From: Pseudogymnoascus verrucosus
Taxonomy: Eukaryota
Length of the DNA stretch: 64,000 bases
Assembly (NCBI GenBank): GCA_001662655.1
Contig: KV460230.1
Reading direction: 5' to 3' (one strand)
In this document: positions 32,639 to 46,654 of the stretch, in pieces
How the letters are laid out: each line of letters opens with the position of its first letter
How positions within the stretch are numbered: the first letter of the stretch is position 1
Notes under the pieces: model-generated
The model's input: only the letters and a program-made list of their open reading frames with translations
What the model was told of the DNA's origin: nothing
Database searches by the model: none
Made by a program: the position numbers and the translations under genes

Positions 32639-34256
32639 GGTGGTGATAGAGTATCGGCACGGCTTTATGATGATACCGGTGGCAAGACAGTGAGTTGTTG
32701 CCTTGCAACAACGGACTTCGTACTAGATGGCTGTGGTGGGCTTCTGAAAGAGAAAGCAAATATGGTTCTCTGGATGAGCATCCACTAGGATGAGCATCTA
32801 GAGGGTTTGCAAGAAACGCTATCCTTGTATAGAATGAAGCACTTGCGACAAGTGATTGGTTTAGATGGTTGATGGATGCGAAGGGGTGTTGTTGTGAAAT
32901 CAGGTGGGGAAGCAATGATGGTTGTCTTGCGAGAGGAGTTCCAAAGGGTTGAACACTCCTGTACCACATATGCAAGCCAAGTAGTATTGATGAGATGTAA
33001 TAGGTATTGTAAAGCAAAGTAAAGAGCAATACGTTTGAAGAAAGTTGGAGTGCGTGGCGTGGTGGAGGCGTGGTTTTGTCAAGGTTGTAGAAAGAAAGAA
33101 GGAATTAGACTCACGGCAGAAACTCCGAAATATAAAAACGCTTGTCCGCTAGGTAACTAGGCAGATTTGGCTATTCTACAACAACAATTGGGACACCCGG
33201 GCTTTGGGGATGCCATTAGCACTGGCTCTTCAAGCCTTAGTAGTTTTGGCGGGTCATCGGGATACGGTTGCTCAAAACTGGACGGCCATTGTGCTTAAAC
33301 TAAATCTTCTTTCGGTTAATATAAGCAAAACGATGCATCTACTAGTCGATTCTGGTTGCAAAAGATTTTGTTATGACGCTCACGATGCAGGGTGCTAATA
33401 GAGGCATTTAGGACAGTAGTCGAGGCCACCCTACGCGTTTAAATAAGCGTCGAACCCTGCGCAGCCCTAACGGGAAGTTTTACTTTTGCCGCTTCTACCG
33501 CCAATTAGCGTAGCCGCATTGTGTGGGGTTCTATTTTTTCTCCATATTCGAGGCGGCAAGCGCTTAATTTCATGCTAGTGTACGCCACACAAGTGCCACA
33601 TAATAGAACTATATAGTAGGAACGCGGACCTCTACAGAAAGGTTAGTGTTTAGTCTTTTAATAGACTGATATATTATCCAAAATATATGACTATTACCCT
33701 GTTTTCTAAGACCCCACCTCCATATGGTATCCTAGGGCCTATGAAAGGAGGAAACTACAAAGCCACGGGCGTTGAATATAACAGCTTGGTACCACGTATG
33801 GAATATATATATGCAATTTAAAATAGAAGCGTGTGTTACATTGATAAAGGTCTTTAAAAGAACACTGGGGTGGACGGTAGTTGCGTCGACTCTTAGTAAC
33901 CATTGTTTTGAAACTGTAGAAGCCGAAGTCACAAATGGATTGAAAAAAAAGTCCAAACCAGAGTCATAGCATGTAGCAGTTCAAGGTTACAAAGAAAGAA
34001 GTAGTTGCAAGCTTTGTATTCTTATATAGCCAATTCCCCAGAAAAGGCAATCATCTCTGAGTCTCTTATCATTATCTCATAGATATACCCAGTTCTGCAA
34101 GTATTCGTCAAGGTATAACTCGAACTCCACCAGCACATTCGCCTTCGCTTCAAAACGCCACACTTTTTCCGTGTTTCCCATTCCTATACGCTATGCAGTA
34201 AAAGCAGATTGGCGTCAATTCGTATTATTTGGCGCCAGCTGTCCACGAGAATAAGT

Positions 34257-36403
34257 TTAGTTCTCCTCGTCATCCGTTGCTGTGTCGACCTCTACATCGT
34301 CGTCGTCATCCCCACTATCATCTTCCCCGGAATCCGTGCTATCATCATCATCTTCTTCTTCATCTTGACGCAGACCAGGTACACCTCTCCAAGCCACGTA
34401 ATCATTCTCGACCCATCTCCGACTCTTTGGTAGCTGATAAGGATCAAATGGGAAATATGCCTCGAGCTGGTGCCAGCTCTCTTCTTCGCCATCCTCTGTG
34501 GCTACTCCGGTTGAAAATCCGCTGTCTCTCAATAGGCCAGAAGATGCGTTCCCTGCACCCAATGCAAACTGCGAGAGCCTGATCCGCTTGTTTGTTGCCA
34601 GAAGCGGATAGACATACATGAAGCGCAGGTGGTGTGCAATCTTCGCAAACTCTTCCACGATTGATGGGGCACAAATTTTCAGCGGGTTGAGCTTAGAATA
34701 GATTGTGCGGTCCAGGAGTTCTTTTACTCCAGCGCGCCATTCCAGGTCCCTGCCGACAAAGTCCTCTTCGTCAATCTCACCCTCTTCGGCAGATGGAGAG
34801 ACAACAAGGTCACGCCAGCGGAAACAAAATATGTACAGAAGGGCCTGGGTAGTCGCATAAAATGTGCTGTAACGTTGAAGGTCCGGTCCCCGACACGAAA
34901 GTTCGTTCTCGGATCGGATGAGATCAAGATTAGTGCCGATATAGTCGAAAACATCACGCACAACATGTGGGAGTACATTGGCGCCACGAGAAACGAATGA
35001 TGCGAGGTATGCAGCAGCGGATTGCTTCAATACAGCCGGGCGGCCAGACTTGAAAGCGAGGTCAACACATTCTCCTGCAAAGGTGTCGATAAGGTGCTCC
35101 GAAGTCTGAGCGAAGTGGAACAAGAGGAATTGGGTATGTCGTGAACGGTATGTCGGTAAAATGATGTTACGAAAGTGAGACAGTAAAGTATCAAACGTAG
35201 ATATTGCGCTGGAGCTAAGTGGATCCTCAAAGTGCGGGGTATAGAGTTCGAAGAGGGTATCCAGAATGGCATCCATTTTCTCAACGTTCTCATGCATCGT
35301 CTTGACGCGGTTTTCCTTGTCGTCCAGGGAGTCGTCGCTCGCATCAGAATCCGAGTCGCTGTCGTCGGCCTCGGAATCATCCTCACCGGTTAAGTCCGAA
35401 CGAATCGACACTGACTGGACAACTGCTGCAGCCACATCGTCATCCATATCATCCAGGTCAACTTGCATTTGGACGTCAATCTTGACAAGCCTTTCCGTGA
35501 TTAGCGCAAAAATGTCTGACTTTAACTCCGGTGCGTAATCGATGATCTTTATTAAGTTGTTGATGTACGCCATGTGAGCTTTCTTCGACTCATCAGAGAA
35601 AGGGAATTTTGCCGCCAGAATAGGTGCGAGTGTCCCAGATGCTGAAGGGATCAGGCGCAATAAATATTTGAGGGCAGTGTGGACGCGTGCTGACAGCTGG
35701 GTGCGGTGGACGATGGGGCAGTCGGCCAACCTTCCATTTGAGATGCGCACTGCAGTTTGTCAGTTATACTGTTTATCTCGTAGGACGGGTGGCACATACA
35801 CGTAGAGAATTTCCCAACCAGCATAGATAGAACGGTTCCGACATAAGCACCCTGTGCGCTGGCTAGGTTGCTCAGGAAGTTCACATACGCCCTGACGTAC
35901 GGCTCATCTCTACCGACCCACTCCGACTCCAAGACAGCCCGGACGAGTCCTGACGAGTTCTTTCCCAGCAGCGAGACACAGTTGGTCAAAGCCAACAGAT
36001 GCGCCCTCATAAGATCATTCTCGGCTTTTCCCTGCGGCCTGTTCTTCGTTGAAAAAACTTCCTTGACTCCATCGTATCGCGAATCATCTCCTCCGGTTCT
36101 ATTATGTTCATCTAGCGCTTTCTTCACAAGCCTTCTAACATCGTATAAGTCGGTTGGTGCCTCGGGCGACGAGGTAAAAAGTTGTTCTTGCACAAGTGGG
36201 TTGAAGGTCACTGTCCTGGAGCGTTTCGCAGGGTTCATAGAGGCAGACATGTCGTCACCGTCTAAATCAAGACCAGCATCGTCGAGTTTCCGTTTTCCAG
36301 CGAGTGTTGATTTTCGCAATAACGTCTTGGTCGGAGTAGGCTTCGAAGCCGACGAGCCTGACGGTTGAAAGTGTGTTGGTGGAGGGCGAACCATTGGCGC
36401 CAT
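34257..36403 (-). CDS. RRN3: RNA polymerase I initiation factor Rrn3 (intron 35750-35799)
   Basis: ERLVKIDVQ, ILPTYRSRHTQFLLF, YLASFVSRG, LYIFCFRW, LNPLKIC, LEAYFPFDPY. Confidence 0.95.
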
Positions 36404-37278
36404 GGGAGCGCGACAGCTTATGAATAAGAGCCTGACAGCCCCTTATTCACATGAAGCAGTTCGATATCATGAATGTGTATTGTGTAGAGTGTATGTGGCC
36501 GTGCCAGTCGTTATGGGGTCCACGGAAGGGTCGAAGTGAGTTTTGTGGTCGCGTGTTAGGCAGATTCGTCGTCAGAAAATGTTCAAGAGTTTTGTGCGCT
36601 ACTCTTATCGGGAGTGCACGTGCCTTCACAGTTGACGTGCTGCACTGCGTAATGCGGGGAAGTTTTACTCAACTGCGCTTTGGTTCCGACGTCAATGAAA
36701 GGCTACAAAGACAATTTTATTATAATGTTCATTAATATCTTATTTACTTTATGGATATGTACTGGATTATAATAATAGGTCTTAACCATATAATTTAACC
36801 TTGAACCTATTTTCATTCTCGGTGCTAAATTCCTTTACAATACGTTGGGTTTATATTTTATATGTATTTATTTTATTGCATCATTGAAATACCAAGAAAT
36901 TACAAGTATCATTTGAAACGTTCCGTATAACCACCACGTTACACTCTACCTATCCCTAGTAGACCGTGTACACCCAACCTCGAACATACAACCCTATGCC
37001 CCCCAAAAGAAAGCCCTGCATTCCTGCTGCTCTTTAGGAGCGAAAAGTCTAAATATCGCCGCCGCCCATACTTTTGGCCAGCGGCTCCCTGTACAGCTAG
37101 AAGCGTCCAAATATAATAATTGACCCCTTTTAATCAGCAGCTAGAGACCAGCCAAAGGCTATCCGTACCACTAGAGTCGTTTTTGTAGTCATACACGCCA
37201 ATGATAACGGCAGCATCCTCAAGCACATATCGGAGAACCGCAATGGCCAAAGCGAGTCGCATCATCTGGAAAAACAGC

Positions 37279-38369
37279 TTAGTATCCGTCTCCTCCAACA
37301 GATCCATTGTGTCCGCCTTGCATGCCGGTGCTGTACAAGCCTCCAAAGCCGCTCGGGTCATGTTCCCCAGATTCTGCTTGCTGGCCTCCAAGGATATTGT
37401 TTGACCCCTCGGTGCTGTTGAAGGTTCCTCCTGCTGCGTTCACGCCGGCTGATGACCCAACTGCGGCAGCTGACCCGAAGCCTTGGCTGCTTGGGCGATT
37501 TTGCTGGCTCTCCCCTCTAGCCGATTGTGTCTACATTGAAGGATTAGATAGGCCCTATGATATAAACTATAGATTGATGACTGATAAAAGGAACAGGATT
37601 ATTAGTGTGGACCTACTTCGCGGTATTTTGCCAAATAGATCTTCAAGGCCTCAGCGTAATTCTCGAAGCCCAATGAGGTCATGGCAAAAAGGATATCCTC
37701 TCCGTTAACAGTTTTCCTCTTTTCTTGGTGGCATTTCTCAGAAGCTATATTTAATTGTCAGCATGGCAGACTCTGATCAAATACATTTAAGACCTACCTT
37801 CGCTTGTGATGAAGCTAATGAACTCGCTGACGCATTCTTGCATGCATTCTTTGGCTTCCTTTGCAATCTTTGCGTTTTCCGGTAGTGCCGTCTTCATGAT
37901 TCGAGCAACTGGTGCAAAGTTACGAATGTCAGCGTCAGATCCACCATCATTTCTTTTAGACCTGGAAGAGCGGCGCTCCTGTTCAACTGGTGAAGAAGAG
38001 TCTTGGGACATTGCTGGGAACCTCGTCGCGGTAGCACATCTGAAGCTCAAGACTTTGCGCCTCTAGCTTGACGAGTGGCCAAATGGGGCCACATGCGCAA
38101 ATACTGAAATATGACAAATGGAAGCGATGCCAGTAGGGGCGAGCTTCAACGTGCACGTATAGACACAATTGCTCCGCGCGAACAAATCAAATTGGAGAAG
38201 AGGGTGACTAACCATTTGCTATTGGCAGCCATCGGTCCTGCTCTTTCACTTCGAACTCGTAGCCCAGTCCAGAGGCGTGTGGGTCTTGAGAATCCATAGG
38301 TCCTTCTCCGTTGCCAGGCGATTGTACTCCTTGTTCAACATCCGGTTCTTTTGGAGGGGATGCCGACAT
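37279..38369 (-). CDS. hapC: CCAAT-binding complex subunit HapC / Hap3 / NF-YB (3 introns; intron 1 = 37909-38212)
   Basis: [70 protein letters not shown]. Confidence 0.95.
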
Positions 38370-40432
38370 GATGTATATGGATACCTGCAGGCTTCGGCTT
38401 CTGGCTTCCTTCGATTTCCTTGGTTGCCACGTTGGCTCTGAAGTGTTTGCTTACACGTTGGAAGCAGGGCTTGCGCGACTCCTGCACGAAATAGTGGGCT
38501 GTGTTGATCGGCCGCGAGAGAAGAGCCGTGTATACCCTGTCGTGCACGCTGACTGAGGTCGGCGTGGGAGGTGCGGAGCGGGCGAAGTCGCGGTTTAGCT
38601 CGCACAGCGTTCAATTCCTATATGCGCGTATCCTGTGTGCAGGAGGAAATGTTACACCGTTGTTTAGAGAGTGGGCTAGAAGCTACTAGACTCAGGCTTG
38701 GATGGCGTTGGGATTGGAGGGCTGGGTGCAGTGGTCCTACTGCAAGGTCGCGTCAGCGTTTTGGGCACGAAGCGGTAAAAATAACAAAGGGCAGGGCAGC
38801 GGGCAGGCAGCCAGAATAGGGCTTTCCGTATACTACTCACCTGGGCTAAAGCATATAACGCGGCCTGGGTTTGCTTATTTTGATATTCAATCGTAGCGCG
38901 TGCAGTTCGGGTCGGCGCAATTCTGGCGCAATGTAGGCTTCGATATTGCGTGCAGCGTAATACGGCGGAAGTGGAACGTGGGGTGGCGCGTTAGACTCGG
39001 ACAAGAGCGAAGTATGTAGGTCAGATGCCAGTGACCTTTTAGAGCCAGGGAGAATCGGATGAATTGTAAAGCTTCGTTGGACGCCGGGAGGAGAGGTGCA
39101 GCACGGGTTTGATGACAATGGGGGGTTGGCGAGTGTGGAGGTAGCAAGCATGTTCCACTAAGGTAAGGTAGGGACGTAGTGTACGATGGATCTCTCGGGA
39201 ATTGACGTCTACGCGTGGGGAATTGGGGTCCAAGCTTTGGCGTGAGTATAGAGATGTATGCGCTGTGCAATGTTCACACATATTCATTCCAGCTACATAT
39301 ATTATATCCCTCCATTGCCATATTCCATGTTTACCACGCTTTTCGCGTCAGGTAGCTGCTATGGTACATACCCATACCGAGTCCAAACAATGACGGTTAT
39401 GCACTCACAAACACCACAATACATTGTTCACGAGCCTCGATCTCCCAAAACATAAACAAGAGATCTCAACGATCCAATAAGAGCGTGATGACGGCAGCTC
39501 GTCTTTTCGAGAGGTAAGGTACGCAGCCAATAACGCCAGTGATCTGCCTATAGATGTACTTAGTACATGTTTTCCTAGCTGCTAAATGGCGAGAAATGGC
39601 CTGTACCTGGACTTGTCCTGGAGGCTGGAGATACTCTATGTGCGTGAGTGACGGTGAGGAAGGTACATCTGGAATCTAACATGCACCAAGCCGTCATCTC
39701 CGAGATTGTAAGGGGGAAGCGGTTGCAAGCCTATCCTGACTACTGGCTGGCAGTCGCCGACATCCATGAGATTGGCTACCAGTTCTCTCGCCTCCTTCTT
39801 CGGGGCAATCCTGTCATCATCGAATCAACTTGCAAGAGCGGTGAAAGGACTGAAGGCTAACGCACGGTGTGAGAAACAATCGATGCGAGGCTGTGACATA
39901 TTTCCTGTGGCTTAGGAGTGAGGCTAATGCATGGTGAAAATATGACGATTGCGAAAACAACTAATTTTTGCTTTTGGAGCCCATGGCAGCCTTGTGATAT
40001 GGTAGCAATGCATGGTCGGGGCTGTGGTTGGGTAGCGAGACGCTCCAGCCGCTTCAAGGCTGCACTGTGCCAACGCATCAATGCTGTTGGCTAGCCTTAT
40101 TCTTGACGGGGAGGGCGACGGTCTCTGCCGGCTTGTTTGAAGAATTTGATATGACGGAGGAAATGTGTGGAATTCCGAAAAGTAGGTTCGCTTCACAGAT
40201 TTGAAATCCGGCAGAAGTTAGTTTTATTTTGGCCCTCACAAGCCTCCCAACACGGTGAAGGGCATTCAGACTGAGCATTCGTCGTAGCTCGTAATGGTGC
40301 ATGATATTTTTCTATGAACTCGGTCCTTAGTAGTATTGACTCCTGACGCCGTCGCTATGCCCCCACAATGGCCGTTCTCAACTGGTCACTGCCTTCGCTC
40401 GAAGCTCCGCCACCCTTCAATAGCCTTCGTCT

Positions 40433-41026
40433 CTACTGCTGGACAACCTGGATATTGTTCTTCTTCTACTCAAGGTATTAATATTGGGCTCTTCAACTTG
40501 GGCGTGGATATCAAAGGCGACATACCTTCCACTTCTCCATCTCCTCCTGTTGTCTTTTATACGACTTAACCAGATCCTCCAGCACCTTGCCTAGACCTTC
40601 GGAGTTGGTCTTCAGCGCTGGCACCACATCCTCAACAGTCCTCTCGATGAGAACGCCGTTGATCATGCGGAAACATTTTCGGTCGCCTGGAAGAGGGGTC
40701 AAAGTTTCGAGCACGAGCCTGGATATGTTAGCGGGGTACTCCAGAATCCGTCCAGCGTCTTTCTCAACGCGTAACTGTGTCGTGTGAAGCCTAATTGATA
40801 GGGGTATTCTCCGTAATCCCGATATAACAAATAAAGAGACCTACTTGTGCTCCTCAGCTTCCTGTTCCACATCCCCAATCTTCTGTGCGATCTGTTGGAG
40901 ACCGTTTTTGTAGGCGGAGTATTGGTTCTGCAGCTCTAACATCCCCCAGCGTTAGCAATGTTTGTTCGGTAAACCTAAGCGTATATTCTGACCTTGCTGC
41001 TTTTTAGCAGTTATTTGTGATGCCAT
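40433..41026 (-). CDS. GIM4: Prefoldin subunit 2 (3 introns)
   Basis: LQQIAQKIGDVEQEAEEHK|LVLETL...RKCFRMINGVLIERTV...|KKNNIQVVQQ*. Confidence 0.93.
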
Positions 41027-41234
41027 CTTTTGATGTTGATGTTGCTTTACTTGTTGACAGGAGGCCTCAGAAGCTCAAGTGCCCAGAGCGGAATTAGCCG
41101 CTTTCCCCAAACGACGCTCGGATTTCCGCCCTCAATTCCTCGAACCTCGACAACTCTACCATTGACTGTGGCCCAGAACATCGCGTGTCTCACCTCCCTC
41201 ACTACCATAATATCTGCATTACAAAACAGTCAAT

Positions 41235-41534
41235 ATGCATCCTCATCTCCATACAGAGGACAACAGGGGTATGTCTTCCAACTTTCTCCGACACATACAG
41301 GGCACACGTTTCTAACGGACGATAGCCTGCGAAGATGTCATGAACATGCTCGACGAATGCCATTCTCGTGGATTTTTGTACAAGGCAGTTGGAATGTGCA
41401 ATGGCGTTAAGAGGGACGTAACTGTTTGCCTGCGCGCTCAGCGTGTGGAGCGGACGGCGGCGAATCGAGAGAAGGCGAGGATAAAGCGAGAGCAGATCAA
41501 GGCCATATGGGCGAAGATTGACGAGGAGTCATAA
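41235..41534 (+). CDS. CMC2: Twin CX9C cytochrome c oxidase assembly protein Cmc2 (1 intron)
   Basis: MHPHLH start; CEDVMNMLDEC and CNGVKRDVTVC CX9C motifs. Confidence 0.9.
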
Positions 41535-41785
41535 GAACTACGGACAGGTTATTGGAATTGGGAGGATGAAGGGAGGGCGAGAAGGGAGACTATGATACGA
41601 ATATATTGGGCGGAGTTTGGAAGTCTCATTAGGCGTTAAAGGAAACGTCCAAGCAGCGATGGGATTTGCCAGACTATTGGGATGCAAAGAGTGGCCTTGA
41701 CTCAGCGTGTGAGGCACTGTACAGTACGAATGAATAACAACTCCTTCAATTGACTACACATGTTTCAACCTAGGTGCTTCTCTGG

Positions 41786-42193
41786 CTACAACCTATTCTT
41801 ATACGCAGTGCCATACGTAAACAGCCCGTACAGAGCAAGGAGACTCAACCCAATTGGAAGTCCCTTCTGGGTCTTGATAGCGCGAGGAATGGATGAGCCA
41901 GCAAGCACTAAAGAGGCAAGGAGAGCCAGCTCGAGCCCATATTGCTGGTTTGTGGCAATGCGGTAGCCGCCCAGGGCGTACTATGAACAGTCAATTTAAT
42001 CTCATGTAGCACGGAGTCATTCATACCAGAGCACCGACAGCAGTGCCAGCGATAACGGATGGCAACGATCCTGTGCGAATGTATCCGGTGATGCCGCCTC
42101 CAGCTGTGAGAGCCGCGAGCACATAAGCGGGGACTTCGTTGACCTAGCATGGGTTAGTCAAGAGTATGCAGTTCACATAGTTTTCCCTACCAT
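41786..42193 (-). CDS. TMEM14: TMEM14/UPF0136 small membrane protein (exon 1 is ATG only; 2 introns)
   Basis: Manual splice: M|VNEVPAYVLAALTAGGGITGYIRTGSLPSVIAGTAVGAL|YALGGYRIATNQQYGLELALLASLVLAGSSIPRAIKT...*. Not in the ORF track. Confidence 0.88.
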
Positions 42194-42477
42194 TTTTGCT
42201 GCGTATATATTTAGATACTATGTTTCTGAACAATCGAAAAAGAACTGGCTTCAGATTTTTAGCTTAATTGTTCGTCGTGGAGTTGATTTATCCCACGTGC
42301 CAAGCCGGTGACACCATCCCTGGTAGATAAACGCGGCTGTCGCTTCGAAGGTCCCGATGGCGCGGCTACGATTGAGCTTCGTGTCCCCAAGGTACTCTAC
42401 AGCCTCCCAGACCACAATTCCAATCCACGTCCATTGAACCATCCCAACGTCCACAACTTCGCCCTTCTGCTCTGACG

Positions 42478-43113
42478 ATGGCCGCAAAACGCAACGCCCG
42501 TGACGTTACTCCCTCCCCTCCCATCAACAAATCCGGCACATCCACACCAACCACGCCAGCGCCCGCCGTCAAAAGTGCCACGTCGAAATCGAAAGATGCG
42601 AACCTAAGTGCACAGGAGGTTGCTGTGGCAATGTGGGATAACTACGTGAAGGCGACACCCCAGCGTACGAAGCTGATTGATGTCTTCATGGCATTCTTGG
42701 TGGTGGTAGGCGTTCTACAATTTGTGTATTGCGTTATCGTTGGGAACTATGTGAGTGCCGTTCAGTCCGTACGGATCAAGGTAAATTTTACTGATATTCT
42801 TGTAGCCATTCAATGCGTTTCTCTCGGGATTTTCAGCTACTGTCGGACAGTTCGTTTTAACTGGTATGTGAACCTACATTTCGGGCATAGGTTGTTGAAT
42901 ACATCTAACGTAGTCGATAGCTTCGTTAAGGATACAGACAAATGCAGAGAACAAGGCAGAGTTTGAGTCTATTTCACCAGAGAGGTAATAAATCACCCCG
43001 TGGCCAACTATAATTGTGATGAGACATGCCGCTGACTTCAGTACAGAGCATTCGCCGACTACGTTTTTGGTAGCCTTATCCTGCATTTCTTCTGTGTCAA
43101 CTTCATCAACTAG
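42478..43113 (+). CDS. OST2: Oligosaccharyltransferase subunit Ost2/DAD1 (3 introns)
   Basis: TPQRTKLIDVFM...LQFVYC...GNY|PFNAFLSGF...GQFVLT|ASLRIQ...SPER|AFADYVFGSLILH...NFIN*. Confidence 0.95.
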
Positions 43114-43682
43114 CATAACGATACCACATAGCACACGTGTACGACACATGTATGATTAGCAAAAATTCAAAAGGGCGTTCAGAGATTGTTACAATGAAAC
43201 TATCACACGTTACTATTGTCTGTTCTGGTGGTATTATGCTCCAATCCAATTTATCCCCCTTCAATGCTGCCTACCCGTCATAACGTACGATATCCCCGGG
43301 ATTTGCAATCTCATATATATACTCCGTCTTAACCCAAAACCGGTAAATCGAGATGCTATCGAATGCGGGCCGTTGTGGTTGGATATATTATGGTTCTAAT
43401 AGGGGTCTTTGCCTGGATGGTGGAGGAGTGGAATGCATGTTTGATAGGTAATGTAGCTGCTGTTAGGGATAATAATTTTGTGACATTTTATTTGTATATT
43501 TTTTATTTTGGCGTCTTGAATTTATATATTTTTATTTTTTACAATACACATTTTATACTAAATTCGTATATCATACTGGCAATTAAAGTAATGGGTAGTA
43601 TATAGCAAGTACAAAATTCAAACCTCGTAAAGTCATTGCCCCTTCCATTATCATTCATATCGTCTCAAAGCGTGGTCCATCT

Positions 43683-46654
43683 TTACATACCGCCTTTATT
43701 ACTGAGGTCTAGCGGACCGCTATTCCATTGAAAGTCGTCAAATGAAATCGGCGGCAGCCCCTCCATCATCACCCCGAAGAACGCATCGTCACTGAAATAC
43801 TGACCCAGTTGCCCCTCCGCAATCGTCATCCCTACGGTCTGCTCGAAACCGTCACCCGCAGATGGATCGTACTCCACGGGTTCATTTGCGCCCAGTGCAG
43901 GATCGATATTATAACCCATATTGTTGTATCCCTGAGCAGCGTGAGCCCCATTTGAGTCGGGGTAGTTTAGTGGCTGACTTGCTTGTTGTGCCCAGAGGCG
44001 TTGAGACATGGGTGGATATTGTGTGCGTGTATCGAGACGAGGTGTTTGTGCCGCACTGCTTCCAGTAGCCACTTCGCTGAGAAGCTGAAGCGGCGTGTTG
44101 GCCGGGCTAAATGTTTTCTGCTGTTGGTGCTCGGGGGTTTGATGATGATGTTTGGGAATGTTCGTTTTGCCTTGACCACCGGCCTCGGTCGGCATGTTGT
44201 TTGCCTTGCCGTTTGTTTGGCGGTGAAACCAAGTCTTGAGCATGATTAGTACCATCAGAAATTTTGACCCCGGGCGTGACTTGTTATCAGCAGCGGTGGC
44301 CTTAAACCTTTCGAGCAGGCCATCAAGGTACTGTTCAACTTTCATGTTGTTTTTGTCAATCACTTTGCCAAGCTCAGAGCCGGGAGTTGCAGCGGCGAAA
44401 TGCATCTTGATTAACACAACAACTGCGTATGCAATGCGAACGAAGTGCATAACAGGTAGTGCTCTTATAGTATCAACATCAAGGGACATAAAAGCCTCGA
44501 AAACTCCATCAATTGAGGTTAGGCAAGTTGATAAAGCGGCAATATGAGTTGGCGTAAGGGGTCGCGATGCTTGCTGGTCAGGGTTGTCGGGGCCTCGCAG
44601 CTTTTCCTCTGTAAACGGAGCATTAAATGACTCAACATTATGATCGACATGCATGGCAACCTCATGCATGTACAGATTTACAAGATGCTCCGTCATCTTC
44701 AACAGGGCTATTACACATGTCAGTATATACACGGAAGATATCAAGCATCGTGGAAGGGGAAGGCATTCGTACGGTTTTGTATGTCGTTGGGTATGTGGCT
44801 GCTCCAGTGCTCCAAGTCTCTCTCAAATCCCTTCAAAGCATACTGAACTTTGGGATCGGTAATGCTAACTGACGCAAATGAATCGTCCATTGAGAACTGG
44901 GTTCCCACCTCCTCTGCAATATGTTGGCTCCTGACCCATTGACACAGAACTTTGTCTGATGGCGCTGCGTCAGGAGAGGTTTCAAGAACTTCAACGCATT
45001 CGCCCATATATGATGTCCATCGGATAAGATTCGAGCGACGTAGCCCCATGGCAGCATTGCAACATAAGAAATAGCAGCTAACCCACGTCCGCCTCGCTTC
45101 GATAGAAGAGGCATCCGGAAATGCGGTTCGGCGCCATAAATGATCTTTCCACAGCCCAGCCATAGACTTTGGTGCCTGACTTGAGCTGTTTTTCTTGCTT
45201 ATATTGATTTCAATGGCCATAACTGCCGCAAGATGGATGAGCTGATAGAATTTCAGTTCTTCAAAATGTTCTGGCGGCCAGTACCATATTGTGCTAACAA
45301 GTAAGGCCTGGACCAATTCGAGAGTCTTCTCTCCATGGCAGATAATCTTATCTGCGTATATCTGCATCACTTCCTTGGTAAACACCTTTTGAACTTCTGG
45401 GTGATCAGTTGAAGCACCCGCACTCAGTATTGCCAAGAATAGAGTGGGCTTTGATTTGCGGATATCAGCTGCAGTTGTGCCTGGCGGAAATACGACTGCG
45501 GGCATGTGCGGAGACATGTCATTTACATATCTATTGAACAATGCCGTTGCCGACTCTGCAGTAATGACACCCCTATCGATAACATCGGCATACTCATTGG
45601 ATGCATTTGGCCGCGTAGAAAGTGGTGAATTAGTTCCTTCGTCACGCCCTGAGATATAGCTATTCATGCGATGTGGAAACTGGCTTGCGCTTTGAGTGTC
45701 GACTGCTGAACTCTGCCCGCTCGAGTCTCGAGCATCCTGATATTTCCTTTTCTGGCCCGCAACGACAATCTGCGGTCTGGCGGTGGAGCCAGAATCCGCC
45801 CTATCTATGGATGGTCTGTGTATTTGTACGGGTTCCGCTCTATCGACATCTGGCATTCTGGGATACTGGCGATCCGGTACTGCCCAGTCGTTTGGTTTTG
45901 AGTTTTGAGGCTGTTCACAAAAAATTAGCTACAGTATGGAAGAGGAGGCTGGGTCTTGTACTTCAGGGCGCATCCCAAACTGAGGCCCATATCCGCCATT
46001 CGTAACTTGCTCATATGGATTTGAAGGGCGGCGCTCGAGTGACTCTGGAGTATCGGTAACACTGTGCGGGATGGTATCGGATCTTGTGGCATGGAGCACC
46101 GCTGTTAAGGCATCTATTTTCTTCTCCAACTCTGCCACGCGACTGTCAGTCTTCTTCTGGCGTTTCCTACTCGGCTGAGTGACCACGCAGTTCCGGCGTG
46201 CCTTTGTACATCTTCGGCATGGTCCCTCTTGGTTGTTAGGGTCAAATTCGCATTTAACTTTCAAGCCTCGACAGGCCTCGCAGGCCCGCGGCCTCTTCAG
46301 GTCGTTTGTGCCTTCTTCCGGCGTACCTCCTGCCTGCGCCATGTATTGGTTTGGATCGGAGGCTCCATCGTCGTTGTTGTTAACACCGAAATCACGCAAT
46401 TGCGGGGTATCTGGTGAGTAATTGGGTTGTTGGGAAGCATCGTATCCAGCAGGGTGATAAAGTGGTGGAAGAGTTGTTGAAGACGTAAGATCGGCTTGGT
46501 TCACAATGTTAGCGAGCGGTTCGGAGGATGCAGTTGGATTCTGGGGATACGAACTTTCCACCTTCTGACCGATGTCAGCGAGGCGGGGATCGATCTGAGG
46601 TATATGGTCCATATCTGTGATGCCGGACTGTCGGCGTGTATGTTCGCCGTTCAT
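43683..46654 (-). CDS. Zn(II)2Cys6 transcription factor, War1/PriB-like (2 introns)
   Basis: RACEACRGLKVKC...PCRRCTKARRNC cluster; middle homology region IEARRTWVSCYFLC. Confidence 0.9.

Noticed and set aside
33440..33470. B-box-like GGTTCGAC on the minus strand suggesting a tRNA
   Set aside because: No T-stem complement or cloverleaf; at most an isolated TFIIIC-like site.
36700..36920. AT-rich patches here and at ~43470-43620 as RIP or transposon relics
   Set aside because: Short, unique and intergenic; consistent with ordinary terminator or spacer DNA.
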